From the IMG/VR virus record IMGVR_UViG_3300045970_000027, positions 20,306-84,305 of that record: a stretch of 64,000 nucleotides of DNA; one strand, 5' to 3'. The notes beneath the pieces are model-generated. The model had not been told where the DNA came from, made no database searches, and saw only the letters and a list, made by a program, of their open reading frames with translations. The DNA is from a virus. Every line of letters starts with the position of its first letter. Within the stretch, counting starts at the first letter, position 1. A program made the translations under genes and the position numbers. Shown here piece by piece: positions 1-9,111 of the stretch.

Positions 1-17
1 ACCTCAGCGTCCCACTG

Positions 18-230
18 GTGAGAGACGTCAGTGGGGTACTTCGGCTAGACCTAGACGAGTTGGACAAGTCGTTCCAGATGTCGGCGTGGACTAGTCTGGC
101 TAACGCCAAGCGGTATGCGGCACAGCAGGTCAACCGGAAGTCCCTCCGCTGGGAGGAGACAGACGACGTCGTACACGCCCCAGACGCCGAGGTCTGGAAG
201 GTCACGTTCATCGAGAAGGTGGAGTCATGA
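18..230 (+). CDS. hypothetical protein
   Basis: ORF coupled to the next gene by an ATGA overlap; its true start may lie upstream of the window. Confidence 0.55.
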   Translation: MRDVSGVLRLDLDELDKSFQMSAWTSLANAKRYAAQQVNRKSLRWEETDDVVHAPDAEVWKVTFIEKVES

Positions 231-556
231 CCTACACGGCTGATTCACCGCTCATCCCCGAGCATCTGCCCGACTGCCTGATGACGACACCGGGCGAGCA
301 TGGGGACTTCTACGCCGAGTGCATCTGCGACCGTCTGCGTGCAGCCGAGCAACAGGCAACTGCGAAGGCGCATGAGTTCTGCTTCCAGAAGGACAACCAT
401 GAAGCCTTTGACGCTGGCGTGAAGGCGGAACGGGACCGCATCCGTAAGGGCGTGGACGAGTTGCAAACACCGTTGTGGTTTGAGTCGGTTATGGCCGTGA
501 TCGACGGTCCACATTGGGCGCCAACACCGAAAGTGAGAGGGAGCAGGGATGACTGA
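227..556 (+). CDS. hypothetical protein (Cys/His motif EHLPDC...CIC)
   Basis: GGAG SD and ATGA overlap; resembles the 787..1071 product. Confidence 0.7.
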   Translation: MTYTADSPLIPEHLPDCLMTTPGEHGDFYAECICDRLRAAEQQATAKAHEFCFQKDNHEAFDAGVKAERDRIRKGVDELQTPLWFESVMAVIDGPHWAPTPKVRGSRDD

Positions 557-559
557 GCA
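514..559 (+). repeat. 46-bp direct repeat, copy 1
   Basis: ttgggcgccaacaccgaaagtgagagggagcagggatgactgagca, identical at 752-797. Confidence 0.95.
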
Positions 560-794
560 CGGAGCAGAAGAGGACATCACCGTTGAGGAACTGGTCGCTG
601 GGGTGATCGGTGAGACAGCCGGATATGTGTCGCTGTGCTGGGACCCGAAGCCGACTGGCGTGTTCGACAGCACCTTGGCGAGTGCCGCCGTGGACAAGGC
701 CGTTCAGCGCATCCTGTCGCTGCTGGCAGAGGCCGAAGCACGGCCTTCCGTTTGGGCGCCAACACCGAAAGTGAGAGGGAGCAGGGATGACTGA
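549..794 (+). CDS. hypothetical protein
   Basis: Coupled ORF with purine-rich SD; same C-terminal tail as the previous gene. Confidence 0.65.
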   Translation: MTEHGAEEDITVEELVAGVIGETAGYVSLCWDPKPTGVFDSTLASAAVDKAVQRILSLLAEAEARPSVWAPTPKVRGSRDD

Positions 795-797
795 GCA
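752..797 (+). repeat. 46-bp direct repeat, copy 2
   Basis: Identical to 514-559. Confidence 0.95.
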
Positions 798-1071
798 TCT
801 GCCAGAGTGCCCATACTCTGCGCCTTGCCCCGCTGAGTGGCGCAACGCTCAGACGATCAAGGCCGAAGGGTTGCCCGTCCCGCATCGGATCGTTTCGGGA
901 TCGTCCGGTCGGTGCGTGGAGTGTGACGCGGGCGACTGCATCTGCTACGAGACTCGTCAGGCGTTCGCTGCTGGCGTGCAGGCTGCCCATGACGCGGTGG
1001 ACAACGCACTCCGACCGGGGGCAGTAGGACGACTGACAGCCCTTGCCGCTATCGACGCACTCAAGCAGTGA
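787..1071 (+). CDS. hypothetical Cys-rich protein
   Basis: EHLPEC...CVECDAGDCIC; ends just before a terminator. Confidence 0.7.
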   Translation: MTEHLPECPYSAPCPAEWRNAQTIKAEGLPVPHRIVSGSSGRCVECDAGDCICYETRQAFAAGVQAAHDAVDNALRPGAVGRLTALAAIDALKQ

Positions 1072-1077
1072 GACAGC

Positions 1078-1117
1078 AAAGCCCCCCAGCCCTGAGCAAT
1101 CGGGACTGGGGGGCTTT
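1078..1117. terminator. bidirectional intrinsic terminator
   Basis: aaagccccccag...ctggggggcttt stem between convergent genes. Confidence 0.85.
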
Positions 1118-1124
1118 CCTGTTT

Positions 1125-3062
1125 CTACTCCTTGATCAGGTCTACGACCTCACACCCATCAGCGCTGCAGGCCAGCGTCTGGTTCCCGACCGTCCCGTCC
1201 ACCGTCTCGTAGAACCCGAGGTCTGCCCAACGGATCTCCTTCGGGAAGGCGGTCTTCGCCTTCGCGTACTGCTCGATGTCGATGGGCTGGTATGGAGCCT
1301 GAGCGTACGTATGGTCGCTGAACGGGAGGAACGAGATGCCGGTCACCTTGTCGAAGTTGCGGTAGACCCACGATGCAACGTCCAGCCACTCGTCATCCCT
1401 GACGTTGACCGTCACGCTGACCGAGTGGTCGGCCCAGAACTCACGGTAGACCAGCCAGAGTGCCAGATGGTCGAGCGCGGAGACCTCGTCTCTCGTCACT
1501 GCTCCCTTCGGTGCTGCAACTGGGAATGAGAAGACCATCGTGTCGTCAGGCTTCATGACGTCAGGCTCGCAGGGGACTCCCGACTCCTTCATCAACTGGG
1601 TGATCGGGTCGGTAGTCGATCCGCGAACCGTGCGGGTGTAGTACTCGCTATGCCACGGGTGGATACCCGAGGATACCCCCGTCAACTGGCTGACCGTCCC
1701 GCTCGGCTTGACCGTCGTCACTGCGACTGACGGGTTGATGCCGACCTTGACCGACTCCTTCTGGTTCACCTTCTGGGCCAACTTGCGGAGTTCGGTCAGG
1801 CGATGTGGTAGCCGGACGTCGTTCGGGTTGTTCATCATCTTGTTCCCGTAGATCCCGGTCAGGCTCACACCGAGGAGACGCTCCTCCTCCGCATTCTCCT
1901 TCCAGTCGTCACGGATGCCGTGGAAGTCAGTCAGAGTAGACTGCCACGTTCCCAGAATGGCGGCGATCCTCACCTTCCGTCTCAGGTCGGAGAGACTGTC
2001 CTCACCCCGTATAACGACTTCCGTTAGATTGCAGACCCCCATATCGCGGAGGGTGATCTCAGCGCACGGGTTCGTACCCTCGATCTTGGATCCGTCGCGT
2101 CCGATCTTGTCTGCTGCCGCCCGCGCGCCAGCCAGATTGAAGATGCCGCGCTCCCCCGACTGCGACTCGATGAGGTTGCGCCACTCGCGCAGGAACTGCG
2201 GCATGCTCGGCCGCTCGACGTACGTAGCCGAGTTGTTAGCCAGAGCGCGCTCGCCGTGGTTCTCCCACCAGTTTCCTGACTTAGCCTTCGCCATCTCAAA
2301 GTCGTTGAGGTCGGAGAGGCTGATCAAGGCAGACCGACGCACGCCACCCGAGACGACGATGTCGCCGACCTTGCACATCAGGTCGTGGCACTCGATGGGA
2401 GAGAGTCGGCGACCCTTCGCCTTCTTGAACGTATCCACCGTGAACCGGAACAGTTGGTCGAGAGGACCGGGGCCAGAGGCTCGGCCTCCGAACGTCTTGA
2501 GGCGTGCCCCCTTCGGACGGATGAGGCCGAGATCCCATGTCATCTCATTGCCTTGGTATAGGTTCGCCAGCAAGGCAGCGTAAGCGGACGCCCATCCCTC
2601 CTTGCTGTCATCCACGATGATGCAGCCACCGGGTGCCCAGTTCTCAGGGATGATCGGCAACTGCTCGGTGTGACGGCGAGCGACGGAGAAGCCGACTCCG
2701 GTCCCGTGGGTCAGGATGAGGAGGGCCTCGCTGAACGCGTGCAGGTCGTTGACGGCGATGAAGGAGCAGTTGTACGCCGCGATGTGGTTGCGGGTGAGCG
2801 CGGGACCGGCCGTCATCAGGGCGCGCATGCTGGGCATGACTTCCAGATTCAGGATCGCGTCCTCGACCTCACAGAAGACCGAGTCGTTCGCGTCGTACCC
2901 GTAGTTCTCGACCAGATGCCACCGCATGAAGTCGATGTAGCGGGCGACCGTCTCCGACCACGTCTCGCGGCGGTTGAGGTCTTCACGCCAGCGGGCGTAG
3001 CGACTGAGCGCAATGAAGTTGGAGTACGGGTTGGACAGGGAGCCAGAAGGGTCAAGTGTCAT
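1125..3062 (-). CDS. nrdJ: class II (adenosylcobalamin-dependent) ribonucleotide reductase
   Basis: SRYARW..RRETW, PSMRALMTAG, YNCSF, GGVRRSALI, GTNPCAEI, VKPSGTVSQL, C-terminal C-x4-C. Confidence 0.95.
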   Translation of the reverse strand: MTLDPSGSLSNPYSNFIALSRYARWREDLNRRETWSETVARYIDFMRWHLVENYGYDANDSVFCEVEDAILNLEVMPSMRALMTAGPALTRNHIAAYNCSFIAVNDLHAFSEALLILTHGTGVGFSVARRHTEQLPIIPENWAPGGCIIVDDSKEGWASAYAALLANLYQGNEMTWDLGLIRPKGARLKTFGGRASGPGPLDQLFRFTVDTFKKAKGRRLSPIECHDLMCKVGDIVVSGGVRRSALISLSDLNDFEMAKAKSGNWWENHGERALANNSATYVERPSMPQFLREWRNLIESQSGERGIFNLAGARAAADKIGRDGSKIEGTNPCAEITLRDMGVCNLTEVVIRGEDSLSDLRRKVRIAAILGTWQSTLTDFHGIRDDWKENAEEERLLGVSLTGIYGNKMMNNPNDVRLPHRLTELRKLAQKVNQKESVKVGINPSVAVTTVKPSGTVSQLTGVSSGIHPWHSEYYTRTVRGSTTDPITQLMKESGVPCEPDVMKPDDTMVFSFPVAAPKGAVTRDEVSALDHLALWLVYREFWADHSVSVTVNVRDDEWLDVASWVYRNFDKVTGISFLPFSDHTYAQAPYQPIDIEQYAKAKTAFPKEIRWADLGFYETVDGTVGNQTLACSADGCEVVDLIKE

Positions 3063-3093
3063 AGGAGCCTTACCTCGGAGTTACGGAAGGGGA

Positions 3094-3285
3094 TCAGGCA
3101 GAGCGGAGAGAGTCCGCAAACTGCTGCAGTGCGGCGGCGCTATACGTATCGCCTACGGTGGTCAGGATCGCTGCGTCACCCTCAAGCCTCTTGATGATCC
3201 GGTCGCGCTCGGAACGTCGTACTGACGACTCATCGGTCTCAATATCGTTACCGCAGTTCCAGCACCGGATCACAGTAAGGCCCAA
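3094..3285 (-). CDS. hypothetical protein (CxxC)
   Basis: Short ORF in the operon, CWNCG. Confidence 0.5.
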   Translation of the reverse strand: MGLTVIRCWNCGNDIETDESSVRRSERDRIIKRLEGDAAILTTVGDTYSAAALQQFADSLRSA

Positions 3286-3386
3286 TCGTCGCAGGTATCA
3301 CACCACCACTCGCCGGTCTCGGCATCGAAGTCCCACGTCCGCTCCCCGCAGAGTCTGCAGGTCTTGAACGATCCGTAGTTCTTCAT
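3270..3386 (-). CDS. small Zn-ribbon protein
   Basis: MKNYGSFKTCRLCG...WWCDTCD; ATG overlaps the EndoVII stop. Confidence 0.5.
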   Translation of the reverse strand: MKNYGSFKTCRLCGERTWDFDAETGEWWCDTCDDWALL

Positions 3387-3988
3387 GATGTCTCTTCCGG
3401 AGCCCTTACAGTAGACGGATTGGGGCGTGGAGTAAAGCCGGACAGGGAAGAAGTCTTCTCCAAGTAGTTGGCAAGTGCTCGGAGAGTGGCTGGATCGTCC
3501 TTGGCACACCCGAGTGCTACGTTGCAGGACCGGCACAACAGCCCCCGTACGCACTTGCCGCACGACTTCTGGCCGGGGCAGCAGGCGTGGTCGTGGTCGA
3601 TGTGGCACGAATCGTTGATCGGTGTGTGACAGGTGGCGCACTGGTGGTTCTGGTCAGCCAGCATCTGGTCGAAGTCCTCTCTCGACAGGTGGTACTTGCT
3701 GAATCGGAGGGCCTCCCCGTACGACCGGTACTTGGCCTTGGAGTACTTCCGTGTCGATGTGAAGTGGGTGCCCCCGCTGTTGAGTGCCTTGCGGCTGTCT
3801 GGGTGGAAGCCTCGACCGTACTTGGCGACGTGCTCTCTGACAGCATCGTTGCGTTCACGGTGTGAACACTTCTTGCAGACTTCCTTCGACCAGAGGTCGT
3901 CAAACTTGGACTCCAACAGGGCCAGTCCGCAGGACTGACACGTTCGACGCGCCAGAGTCACTATGAACAACTCCACACCGTCGCTCAC
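3383..3988 (-). CDS. endonuclease VII family (HNH-like) nuclease
   Basis: QNHQCATC...HIDHDH...VRGLLCRSCNVALG..KDDP..L.ALANYL. Confidence 0.9.
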   Translation of the reverse strand: MSDGVELFIVTLARRTCQSCGLALLESKFDDLWSKEVCKKCSHRERNDAVREHVAKYGRGFHPDSRKALNSGGTHFTSTRKYSKAKYRSYGEALRFSKYHLSREDFDQMLADQNHQCATCHTPINDSCHIDHDHACCPGQKSCGKCVRGLLCRSCNVALGCAKDDPATLRALANYLEKTSSLSGFTPRPNPSTVRAPEETS

Positions 3989-5511
3989 TTGTCGTCTCCT
4001 AGGAACTGCTGGATGACCGTCGTGGACTCAATCTGCGGAATCTGAGCCTCCTGCTCCTTGAGGTTGGCGACCCGATCACCGAAGATCGCGCTCAGTACGC
4101 CAGCACTCCCCGACCTCTCCATCGTGATCTTCATGATGTCCTTGTTCTCTTCCAACTTCTTGAGTGATTCGACCATCTTGAAGAGCCGATCCATCTCTTG
4201 ACCGACGTTCGGGTCTGGGTATCCACCATTCAGTTCTTCACCAAAACGAGCGAAAGCGACCCTAGAACCCTGCATTTCGATAAGTGCTTGGAGGAGAGAG
4301 GCCAACTGCTCCCTAGTCTGGATGGAGACAGGTAACTTGAACGCGCAGGCCGAGTTGGCCTTGAAGGCAGGACAGTTGGCGGCTACGAAGCATGTATTGC
4401 ACTGCCGGAACGACGCCTCTGAGGATGTGATAAAGGGTGCGTAGCCAACGACATCTCGGCCATCCTCGTCCTTTACAACTACCTCCCTAGCCTCGACCCC
4501 AAGGACCGGAAGATAGGCCGTCTCCGAGGCTGTGCGAGGCTCGGGGACCCTGCTGACGTTCCTACTGTCGGGGTCCCTATGACCAACACCCGCGACCTCG
4601 GATCCGCTTTGGCCGCTCATACCCCCCATCCCTGTGAACAACATCTCCGACAGGTCTGAGTTGTCATCCGGCTGGCCACCACCCTCGATCACGCGGAACG
4701 GGCGGGTGGTCGGCTTCTTCTTGTCCATGTCGATCTCCAGTTGCTGGTACGACCAAATGGCGAGGCGGGTGACCTCCTTGTTGTCGTCGGCCATGATCGC
4801 CTCGTAGTCGAGACCGGCCTGCTCGATGACCGCCTTGTAGCGGGGGCGAGCCTGTTCCTTCATCTTCGCCGGGTAGCGAACGAGACGCGTTCCGTCCCAG
4901 ACGATGGTCTCCCCACGCCGCATGCCGCTCTGCCAAGAACCGGTAGCAGCCGTCGTCAGCGGGCTCTGGCTGAGTGACTCTGGTGACGCGATGCCGATCC
5001 CATGCCACGACGTCCCCAGCCTCGCTGTCGCACTCCGCATGTGGCCGCTGATCTGGTGGCTCGGGGTGAGGAGGGCATCGAAGTTCGGGACGGCGATCTC
5101 GGCGTACTCCTCGGTCAGTTCGACCAGATCGCGGAAGCCTAGGTCGGGACGCCAGATAGGCCAGAACCTCTCCTCCAACTCCAACCAGAACGGGCGCTGC
5201 TGGCGAACGAAGTCGGGGTCGATGTCAGGGCCGTTGAACTCGACCGCAGCAGCAATGTCATCCATGTTGCTGATGACGAAGTCTTGGTAGTCGGCTGCGA
5301 AGGTCTCATGGTCGTCCTTCACCTCCGTGATGCCGGGGTGGACGACAATCAGACTGTTCTCTGGGAAGTAGTCTGAGAAGGAGAACTTCTTGGTCTTCGG
5401 GAAGCCGCGTGCTACGGCTCGCGAGTACGAGAAGCCGAACGTGGTCACGCCCATATCGACCAGCAACTTCTTGTTAGACCCGACCTCCGCGCCGAGCCAG
5501 ACTAGTTTCAT
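3985..5511 (-). CDS. hypothetical protein: TGT/DpdA-like barrel with degenerate active site plus a 4-Cys domain
   Basis: WHGIG...PLTTAATGSW..G.RRG resembles TGT-like HGFG..SxDSxSW; CNTCFVAANCPAF..C. Confidence 0.45.
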   Translation of the reverse strand: MKLVWLGAEVGSNKKLLVDMGVTTFGFSYSRAVARGFPKTKKFSFSDYFPENSLIVVHPGITEVKDDHETFAADYQDFVISNMDDIAAAVEFNGPDIDPDFVRQQRPFWLELEERFWPIWRPDLGFRDLVELTEEYAEIAVPNFDALLTPSHQISGHMRSATARLGTSWHGIGIASPESLSQSPLTTAATGSWQSGMRRGETIVWDGTRLVRYPAKMKEQARPRYKAVIEQAGLDYEAIMADDNKEVTRLAIWSYQQLEIDMDKKKPTTRPFRVIEGGGQPDDNSDLSEMLFTGMGGMSGQSGSEVAGVGHRDPDSRNVSRVPEPRTASETAYLPVLGVEAREVVVKDEDGRDVVGYAPFITSSEASFRQCNTCFVAANCPAFKANSACAFKLPVSIQTREQLASLLQALIEMQGSRVAFARFGEELNGGYPDPNVGQEMDRLFKMVESLKKLEENKDIMKITMERSGSAGVLSAIFGDRVANLKEQEAQIPQIESTTVIQQFLGDDK

Positions 5512-5996
5512 TCGAAGTTCGCCAAGTCTGGGTCCTTGATCCGGTAGTCGACCGCCTTCATGGCCTGCTGGCGGTTGGTCTCAGCCACGATCTCTCCCCA
5601 AGGCCGGACACCCTTCGGTGCGTCTGGCCGGAACTCTGGCCGGATGTATGCCGGGGTCGTGACGAGGATGGCCGGGATCCCGAGACGCATGGCCTCGGCC
5701 ACCATCATCGGGTCGGCATCGACGTAGAACTCGATGCTCCCCCTAGTTCTGGCTACCTTGATCTGGCGCGACCTGAGTTGCTCATCGGGGTCGAGATTGA
5801 CGTTGCTGTCGATGAGGTCGTCAAAGTCGGGCATCTTGTTCATGGCCATCCACGTCTCGGCGTTCTTCCGCTCCATGTCGGAAATGATGACGACTCTGGC
5901 TATCGACTTGAATGCCCTGTAGACGATCAGTCCATCAGGAAGGAACTCTCCGGTGTCGCTGCGGAGCACACCAGTCATGTTCATGACGATGTTCAT
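5508..5996 (-). CDS. HAD-like fold protein (motif I degenerate)
   Basis: IVMNMTGVL in place of hhhDxDGVL; FYVDADP motif IV-like. Confidence 0.5.
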   Translation of the reverse strand: MNIVMNMTGVLRSDTGEFLPDGLIVYRAFKSIARVVIISDMERKNAETWMAMNKMPDFDDLIDSNVNLDPDEQLRSRQIKVARTRGSIEFYVDADPMMVAEAMRLGIPAILVTTPAYIRPEFRPDAPKGVRPWGEIVAETNRQQAMKAVDYRIKDPDLANFE

Positions 5997-5999
5997 GGC

Positions 6000-6983
6000 T
6001 CAGTAGGCCGACCTAGGATTGCTGGCTCGGCGAATGAGTGTCTCGGTGTCGGGAAGTTCCATCCCGTACGTCTCAAAGTCCTCGCGGTCTTTGGCCGAGT
6101 CGGCGTACTGCTTGAGCCGCCGCATCGAGTGGACGACACCGTTCGCCTTGCCAGACTGCCAGCGGTAGTTGGCAAAGTCAGAGTAGCCGTGGCCAGCCGG
6201 ACTGAAGGCCGCCTTACGACCTGCGTGGATCTCTTCGAAGAGACCGGACGCAGCACCGAGTACGACGTTCAGGTTGTTCTCCGCATTGGTGCGATGAGCC
6301 GGGTTCTGCGCGCCACGGATCTGGCGAAGGATGTCGCCGTACGTACGGACGATCTTCTCCCCGCGTGCGCGGTCGGCCTCGATGGACATCTCCCACGACG
6401 GGTGGACGTAGTGGTGGGGGTTCCTCTGGGGGACCTTGGCCCACTCGTCCTCGGTGCAGTCGTACGCCGCGTACGGGTTGATGAAGTTGATCCCGTTGGT
6501 GGATGCGGTCACGCCTGCGTTGACGTAGATGGTGACCTCGTACGTTCCGACGCCTAGTGCAACGGCAGCGACCTCGGGGTACAACTCATGGACGAAGTCC
6601 TCGTTGAGCGTTCTGGCAATCTCAGAGTCGCTGTGCCCGGTGTATGACGGATTAGCGTGCCTAAACTCAATGTAGTTGAGGCCAAGCAGGACGTCGAGGT
6701 CACCCGGCTCGCGGGCGGCCGACCACTGGTAGGAGACACCTGAGCCAGCGATCCAGACGCGGCACCACGTCTCGGACGAGTTGAAACGCTCCCGCAGGAA
6801 GTCGTGGACGGTCTGCAGGATGAACATGCGGATCTGGGGCTTGAGGTGGCTGCCTTCGAAGAGGCTGGGGTCGAGACCGTCATCTGGGTCTGCGAAGTAC
6901 GACGTCGAGCCAGCGGTCATCTCCTCTGGTGCGAGATCGTCGTAGTCGTAGGAAGCCATGTCCCTAGGATTCCTCAGTTTCAC
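6000..6983 (-). CDS. pol-beta superfamily nucleotidyltransferase
   Basis: IAGSGVSYQW...GDLDVLL (hGS-xn-DhD) signature. Confidence 0.75.
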   Translation of the reverse strand: MKLRNPRDMASYDYDDLAPEEMTAGSTSYFADPDDGLDPSLFEGSHLKPQIRMFILQTVHDFLRERFNSSETWCRVWIAGSGVSYQWSAAREPGDLDVLLGLNYIEFRHANPSYTGHSDSEIARTLNEDFVHELYPEVAAVALGVGTYEVTIYVNAGVTASTNGINFINPYAAYDCTEDEWAKVPQRNPHHYVHPSWEMSIEADRARGEKIVRTYGDILRQIRGAQNPAHRTNAENNLNVVLGAASGLFEEIHAGRKAAFSPAGHGYSDFANYRWQSGKANGVVHSMRRLKQYADSAKDREDFETYGMELPDTETLIRRASNPRSAY

Positions 6984-7173
6984 CCGTCAGTCTGGGCCTA
7001 ATGATCTTCTTGGTGGTCGAATCCCCACCATCACCGGGTGCCAGTGGTGTCATATACCCGCAGTCGGCGTGTGCTGCTGCGAAGCGCGTGGTGAGCATCC
7101 AGACCGCGTTGTCGTCCTCGCTGTCGATGGAGAGGATGGACTCGCAGAAGCCGCAGTTCATCTCGGCGTACAT
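6964..7173 (-). CDS. small Zn-binding protein
   Basis: CGFC...H..C. Confidence 0.55.
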   Translation of the reverse strand: MYAEMNCGFCESILSIDSEDDNAVWMLTTRFAAAHADCGYMTPLAPGDGGDSTTKKIIRPRLTGETEES

Positions 7174-7433
7174 CAGTCGGCTCTCTTAGCCAGAGCGTCG
7201 GCAACCCGCTCGGAGACGGTCGGTGGGATGGGCTGCGCGAGGGCTGACTCAATCAACATTCGGCTTGCTAGGCGTGAGACAGCCGCTCCGTAGATCTCGA
7301 CGTCAGTCAGAGTAGCCTTATGCTTCACGACAACCGACGGGATGCTGTCTCCATGGACGCTGATGTTGCCGGTCTCGTCTACTACGACGTAGAAGGCGGT
7401 GATGACGGAAGTCGGGACGGGCTGCTCAGTCAT
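7173..7433 (-). CDS. hypothetical protein
   Basis: Likely start MTEQPVP after a GGAG SD. Confidence 0.65.
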   Translation of the reverse strand: MTEQPVPTSVITAFYVVVDETGNISVHGDSIPSVVVKHKATLTDVEIYGAAVSRLASRMLIESALAQPIPPTVSERVADALAKRAD

Positions 7434-7971
7434 TGTAATCTCCACGCTTGGCACGGGCCTTCTGCATGACGGTCGACTGGACCGGGCAGAACTGGCAGAG
7501 GTAGTTCTTCGGACCGGGGGCGCTCTTCGGATCAGGCAGGCCTGCATCCTTGCGCTCGGCTTTCGTGTTCGGGAGGAGGATCTTCTTGTCAGACATCCAG
7601 TCAGGACATCCGTTGTCTGGCCGAAGGTGCTTCTGGTAGCAGACCATGGCGTCTTCTTTGAAGGTGTCCTTGGTCGCGTAGAACTCCTTGTCGAACTCAT
7701 CGAGTCCCTTAGAGCCGCCGCCGAGGATCTGGTTGACGATCTGCTTACGGGTGCTCTCGTTCTCCCACGCCATCTTGGGGACACGGAAGAGGTGGCCCTT
7801 ATGGGGCTCACCGGACGGGAAGATGTGGCGCTCTACGAGGATGTCCAGCAGGACGTCCTTCTCGACAGGGCCGTTGTAGAGGGGTAGTTCCTGAAACGTC
7901 TTGCAGACGAGACAGAAGAGGACCCTGATCTCTGGGCTGTTCTTTACACCGGGTGGAGTGATCAGCGACAT
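7426..7971 (-). CDS. hypothetical Zn-binding protein
   Basis: CLVC, CQFCP; AGGAG SD. Confidence 0.75.
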   Translation of the reverse strand: MSLITPPGVKNSPEIRVLFCLVCKTFQELPLYNGPVEKDVLLDILVERHIFPSGEPHKGHLFRVPKMAWENESTRKQIVNQILGGGSKGLDEFDKEFYATKDTFKEDAMVCYQKHLRPDNGCPDWMSDKKILLPNTKAERKDAGLPDPKSAPGPKNYLCQFCPVQSTVMQKARAKRGDYND

Positions 7972-8003
7972 GTAGTTGCTCCTGCTAGTAGCGGTTACAC
8001 CTG

Positions 8004-8038
8004 ACCCTATGACGCCAAGAACGGCCCGTCTCGGTAAA
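8004..8038 (-). promoter_or_regulatory. phage promoter motif TTTACCGAGAC-N18-TAGGGT, overlapping hairpin 8022-8047
   Basis: Member of the 13-copy motif. Confidence 0.6.
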
Positions 8039-8069
8039 GACGGGCCGCGCTTGTCCTAAGGCAGGAAGA

Positions 8070-8294
8070 TCAGAACAGGGTGTTAGTCACCTTGTCGGGG
8101 GCCTCCGAGTTCGGGAAGCCGTAGCCCCAGAACGGGTGGAGAGTGGCGCGCTCACGCTGGGTAAGGGCGGTACCCTCAGCGTTACGCTCTTCGGCCAGAG
8201 CCGTGTTCGGACGGACCTTACGGTAGCGGCCGTCGGTCGTACCCTCGCGGAGGTTTGCGTTCATGGAACGCGAAGAGTTGACAGCCATGGTCAC
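8070..8294 (-). CDS. hypothetical protein
   Basis: ORF in the operon. Confidence 0.65.
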   Translation of the reverse strand: MTMAVNSSRSMNANLREGTTDGRYRKVRPNTALAEERNAEGTALTQRERATLHPFWGYGFPNSEAPDKVTNTLF

Positions 8295-8500
8295 TTTCCA
8301 ATCATGTCGACGGAGTGCTTCTTCTTCTTGTCAGAGAAGCAGTCTGGGCAGATGCTTCCGAGGTAGAGGGCGACAGCCGGGTTGATCAGGCTGCCGCAGT
8401 CGGTGCAGGTCTGGGACCCGTTGTAGATGGTTGCGAGGATCTGGTCGTACGGCTGGCCCCCCATGAGGTCAACCGGGAAACTCGGATCGTCTGTATCCAT
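8291..8500 (-). CDS. small double-CxxC protein
   Basis: CTDCG...CPDC; GGAGG SD. Confidence 0.7.
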   Translation of the reverse strand: MDTDDPSFPVDLMGGQPYDQILATIYNGSQTCTDCGSLINPAVALYLGSICPDCFSDKKKKHSVDMIGK

Positions 8501-8508
8501 GCCACCTC

Positions 8509-8892
8509 CTAGCCAAGCGCGTTACGACTGGAACCTTCGTAGCCAGCCGGACCGCCAGAGAACCACGCGGTACGCGGCTCGGTGTAGTTACGGTCTACGT
8601 CGATGATGTCAAGAATCCCCGGCACGTAGGGGTCATACCCGAAGCGGGGAGGGAAGAGGTCTACCTGTGGGAGTGGGGTCCTGACTATCCCCAACAGTTC
8701 ACTGCCGGGGAGTGTGTTAGCCGCGATGGCCTGTTGGCAGAGGCGCTCCTGATTGGAGGCGAACGGGCCTAGGTACGACCAGCGTGGGCCTAACGGTCGG
8801 GGCTCGATCTCAGGGACCCACGGCCGCTCTCGGTTGTACGCGCCATCATTGCCGCTGCCACGGACCTTGCGGCTGTCGTCTACGCCTGCCAT
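8509..8892 (-). CDS. hypothetical protein
   Basis: ORF in the operon. Confidence 0.65.
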   Translation of the reverse strand: MAGVDDSRKVRGSGNDGAYNRERPWVPEIEPRPLGPRWSYLGPFASNQERLCQQAIAANTLPGSELLGIVRTPLPQVDLFPPRFGYDPYVPGILDIIDVDRNYTEPRTAWFSGGPAGYEGSSRNALG

Positions 8893-8919
8893 ACTTGTTA
8901 CACCACCTTAGGAGACATC

Positions 8920-9111
8920 GTGATCGAACTGACCGCAGAAGAGTACGCGACCATCTACGAGGCTCTTCGCCTTGTCAACGCGCCGTACGGCAACGACGAG
9001 GTCGCTCACATCGTCGCCATGGAGGCGAAGGCGTGGACCGCCATCAAGACGGCTACACATAGGGCTGGCCTTGACGATGTATCCCGACCTTCCGGGGCTT
9101 ACCAGTCTTAG
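8920..9111 (+). CDS. small antisense-oriented hypothetical protein
   Basis: AGGAG SD before GTG; fills the gap between minus-strand genes. Confidence 0.55.
   Translation: MIELTAEEYATIYEALRLVNAPYGNDEVAHIVAMEAKAWTAIKTATHRAGLDDVSRPSGAYQS

Noticed and set aside
514-797. 46-bp repeat as a CRISPR array
   Set aside because: Only two copies, with a 192-bp coding spacer; the Cas4-like gene is a standalone phage nuclease
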